Below, one piece after another: positions 34,077-36,226 of a DNA stretch of 36,226 bases. Source of the stretch: Thermoplasmata archaeon (GTDB taxonomy: Archaea; Thermoplasmatota; Thermoplasmata; Thermoplasmatales; GCA-001856825); contig JAKBNO010000052.1 in the NCBI GenBank assembly GCA_021831005.1, positions 1 to 36,226 on the forward strand. The letters run 5' to 3'. The translations under genes were made by a program, and so were the position numbers. Every line of letters starts with the position of its first letter. The stretch's first letter is position 1. The notes under the pieces were generated by a model that was given only the letters and a program-made list of their open reading frames with translations, did not search any database and had not been told where the DNA came from.

Positions 34077-36226
34077 CTACTCACACTTGGAGTAACCGCA
34101 AGTCTTGCACGACAGGCATCCGTTTTCCATAGCTAGCGTGTCATTGCTACACTTGGGACAGGTTGCGAAAGACTTTTCCTTTTTCTCTTTCTTCTCCTCT
34201 GTCTTGATCGCAGTCACCAGGAAATCTGTTGGTCCCGTAAGGGTCGCCTGTGGAGGCTCTCCCTTCATTGCTATGTCGATTGCCTTGGCCACTCCGTCCG
34301 GGACTGAGGTGACCTTGGTCCCGCCCACAAAGGACGTGGACTTCCCCTTGATCCCCGTGAGTGCCCTGACAACCTTAGACACATCTCCTCCTTCTTGGAG
34401 ATAGAGTGATAGCAGCCTTCCGATTGCTTCTGAGTAAGCCCTCTCTTCTGATCCCGACTTGCCCACGTTGACAAATATTTCAACGGGGTTCGCATTTTCG
34501 TCGAAGTTAATTGTGGTGTAAAGTTTGCCGGTCTCCACCAGCGGAAAGACTATCGTCCTTCCGGTCAGTATCGTGGACCTCTCAAATTCCTTGTGTTCCT
34601 TCTTCTTTGTCGCTTCCTTCGTGAGCAGTATTCCTTCCCTCGATCCTTCCCTGTAGACAGTGACTCCCTTGCATCCCGCCTTCCACGCCTCAAAATAGAT
34701 CTTTCCGACTTCGTCTGTCGTGACAGAAGAGGCGAGATTCACTGTCGAAGATATGGAGTGGTCGACATACTTTTGTATGGTGGCCTGAAGCTTTATCCTG
34801 AACATTGGGTCAACCTTGTGGGCCTCAACGAAGTATTCGGGCAAATCTTTGTCGTCCTTGATACCGTAGAGTTCCATGTATTCCCTCACGAGTGGATGGT
34901 AAACCTTGAAGGACTGTTTGGATAGAGACTCGCTCCTCCTGGTGTAGGAGAACGCAAAAACCGGTTCGATTCCACTCGAAGTTCCGGCCAGAGCTGAGCC
35001 ACTCCCTACCGGTGGAACTGTTATCAGTGCAACATTTCTGATACCGTTTGACTTGATCTTCTCAAGCAGTTCTGGTCCTAGTCTCTGGATGAACGGCGAT
35101 TTGAGATGTTTCTCCAGATCGAAAGCCGGGAATGTCCCCTTCTCCGCTGCAATGTTCGTGCTTTCGTCGTAGATTATCTTCATTATTCTTTCAAACGTTG
35201 TATCTACAAATTTTATGGCCTCAGGAGTATCGTACTTGATCTTGAGCTTGATTAGCATGTCTCCAAGGCCGGTGAATCCTACCCCTATTCTCCTGCTCTT
35301 CCCTGCTTCGTCTGTCTGGGTCTTCAGGGGATGCTTGTAAAGGTTGTAATCCACAACGTCGTCAAGGAATCTGACGGTATATCGGACTGCCTTTTCCAGA
35401 TCCTCCCAGTCAACTTCAGCCTTTTCAAACTGATGCTTCACAAAGACTGCAAGGTTCACATTTCCTAGGTTGCAAGCTCCGTATCCTTCCAGAGGTATCT
35501 CAGAACAGGGATTGGTTGTGAGTATCTCCATACCGTTGTATTCTGAAGTGCTTTCCTTTCTCATCGTGTCCCAGAAAATAAGTCCTGGTTCGGCCCAGTT
35601 TCTGGCAGAGCTTATGAGTTCGTTCCACAATTCCCGGGCCTTCACCACTCTCTCCATTCTCTTTACCTTGCCGCTCTCATAGCGGAGAGTAAAATCATCG
35701 TCATTCTCAACTTTCTTCATGAACTCATCTGTTATTTTTACTGAGATGTTGGCGTGCCTCACGTGGGTCAAATCTCTTTTCACTTTTATGAAGTCCATTA
35801 TGTCTGGATGGTCCACTCTTAAAGTGATCATCAAAGCTCCGCGTCTTCCTGCCTGTCCGATCGTACCAGTAGTCTCGGACATGATGTTCATGAAGGATAC
35901 ACTCCCGGTAGATTTCAGCGCAGCATTATTGACTGGAGCACCTCTCGGTCTTAGGATGCTTATGTCCGTCCCTACCCCTCCTCCTAGAGAGTAAGTCCTT
36001 GCAGCCTCTTTTGTCCAGTCGAAAATCGACTCAAGAGAGTCGTCCCTTATTGGAATCACATAACAATTGTTGAGGGTGGCTCTCCTCTTGAATTTCTCCT
36101 GGCCCGCCCCGAACAAGATTCGACCACCGGGGATCATCCTAAAATTTTCCAACAGCCAGTAGAACTTGCTTTCCCACCCTGCCATTAGTTGTTCACTTTC
36201 GACGGACGATATCTCTCTGGCCACTC
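34077..36226 (-). CDS. nrdJ: Class II adenosylcobalamin-dependent ribonucleotide reductase, 5' end outside the window
   Basis: PGGRIL, NCYV, GRRGALM, TNPCSE, ACNLG, SSGIEP, GCKGVTVYR, TSCPD-like domain (TSVPD) and C-terminal Cys4 zinc ribbon. Confidence 0.92.
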   Translation of the reverse strand, partial: VAREISSVESEQLMAGWESKFYWLLENFRMIPGGRILFGAGQEKFKRRATLNNCYVIPIRDDSLESIFDWTKEAARTYSLGGGVGTDISILRPRGAPVNNAALKSTGSVSFMNIMSETTGTIGQAGRRGALMITLRVDHPDIMDFIKVKRDLTHVRHANISVKITDEFMKKVENDDDFTLRYESGKVKRMERVVKARELWNELISSARNWAEPGLIFWDTMRKESTSEYNGMEILTTNPCSEIPLEGYGACNLGNVNLAVFVKHQFEKAEVDWEDLEKAVRYTVRFLDDVVDYNLYKHPLKTQTDEAGKSRRIGVGFTGLGDMLIKLKIKYDTPEAIKFVDTTFERIMKIIYDESTNIAAEKGTFPAFDLEKHLKSPFIQRLGPELLEKIKSNGIRNVALITVPPVGSGSALAGTSSGIEPVFAFSYTRRSESLSKQSFKVYHPLVREYMELYGIKDDKDLPEYFVEAHKVDPMFRIKLQATIQKYVDHSISSTVNLASSVTTDEVGKIYFEAWKAGCKGVTVYREGSREGILLTKEATKKKEHKEFERSTILTGRTIVFPLVETGKLYTTINFDENANPVEIFVNVGKSGSEERAYSEAIGRLLSLYLQEGGDVSKVVRALTGIKGKSTSFVGGTKVTSVPDGVAKAIDIAMKGEPPQATLTGPTDFLVTAIKTEEKKEKKEKSFATCPKCSNDTLAMENGCLSCKTCGYSKCE

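Noticed and set aside
34077..36226. Possible intein or intron in nrdJ
   Set aside because: Motif spacing is continuous with no splice-junction or endonuclease motifs in the visible part.
1..36226. tRNA, rRNA, CRISPR arrays, transposases and defence systems
   Set aside because: No cloverleaf or T-loop signature, repeat-spacer periodicity, or transposase/integrase motif was seen in the intergenic regions or ORFs.

Overview
Archaeal chromosomal housekeeping region, most consistent with class Thermoplasmata (GGAGGTGA Shine-Dalgarno sites, TATA-box/leaderless promoters, AsnRS present, no eL34/eL14 in the secY-adk-cmk-cbf5 cluster, SecY with an N-terminal extension). In order it holds tatA, a crotonase-like gene and tatC; pyrF with aconitase X large and small subunits (the small one fused to a Nudix domain); asnS; a Cys-rich small ORF; NMD3; ileS; the eL42-eS27-aIF2alpha-Nop10-PAC2 cluster; acr3-arsR; a CPA1 antiporter; the S10/spc-like ribosomal superoperon (uL3 through secY, adk, DUF106, cmk, cbf5); and a partial class II ribonucleotide reductase followed by a Nudix gene. 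No tRNA, rRNA, CRISPR or mobile element was recognised. Main observations: (1) a compact three-way-junction RNA filling the 5' leader of the ribosomal superoperon; (2) an AcnX small subunit-Nudix fusion that may couple the modified mevalonate pathway to prenyl-phosphate supply; (3) two conserved genes whose conserved N-termini have no ATG/GTG/TTG start (NMD3 at ACG, cbf5 at CTG behind a perfect SD), alongside an aIF1 with no Cys; (4) three small genes missing from the ORF track (nop10, uS14, a 54-aa ORF). All calls come from motif reading by eye; no searches or folding programs were run.
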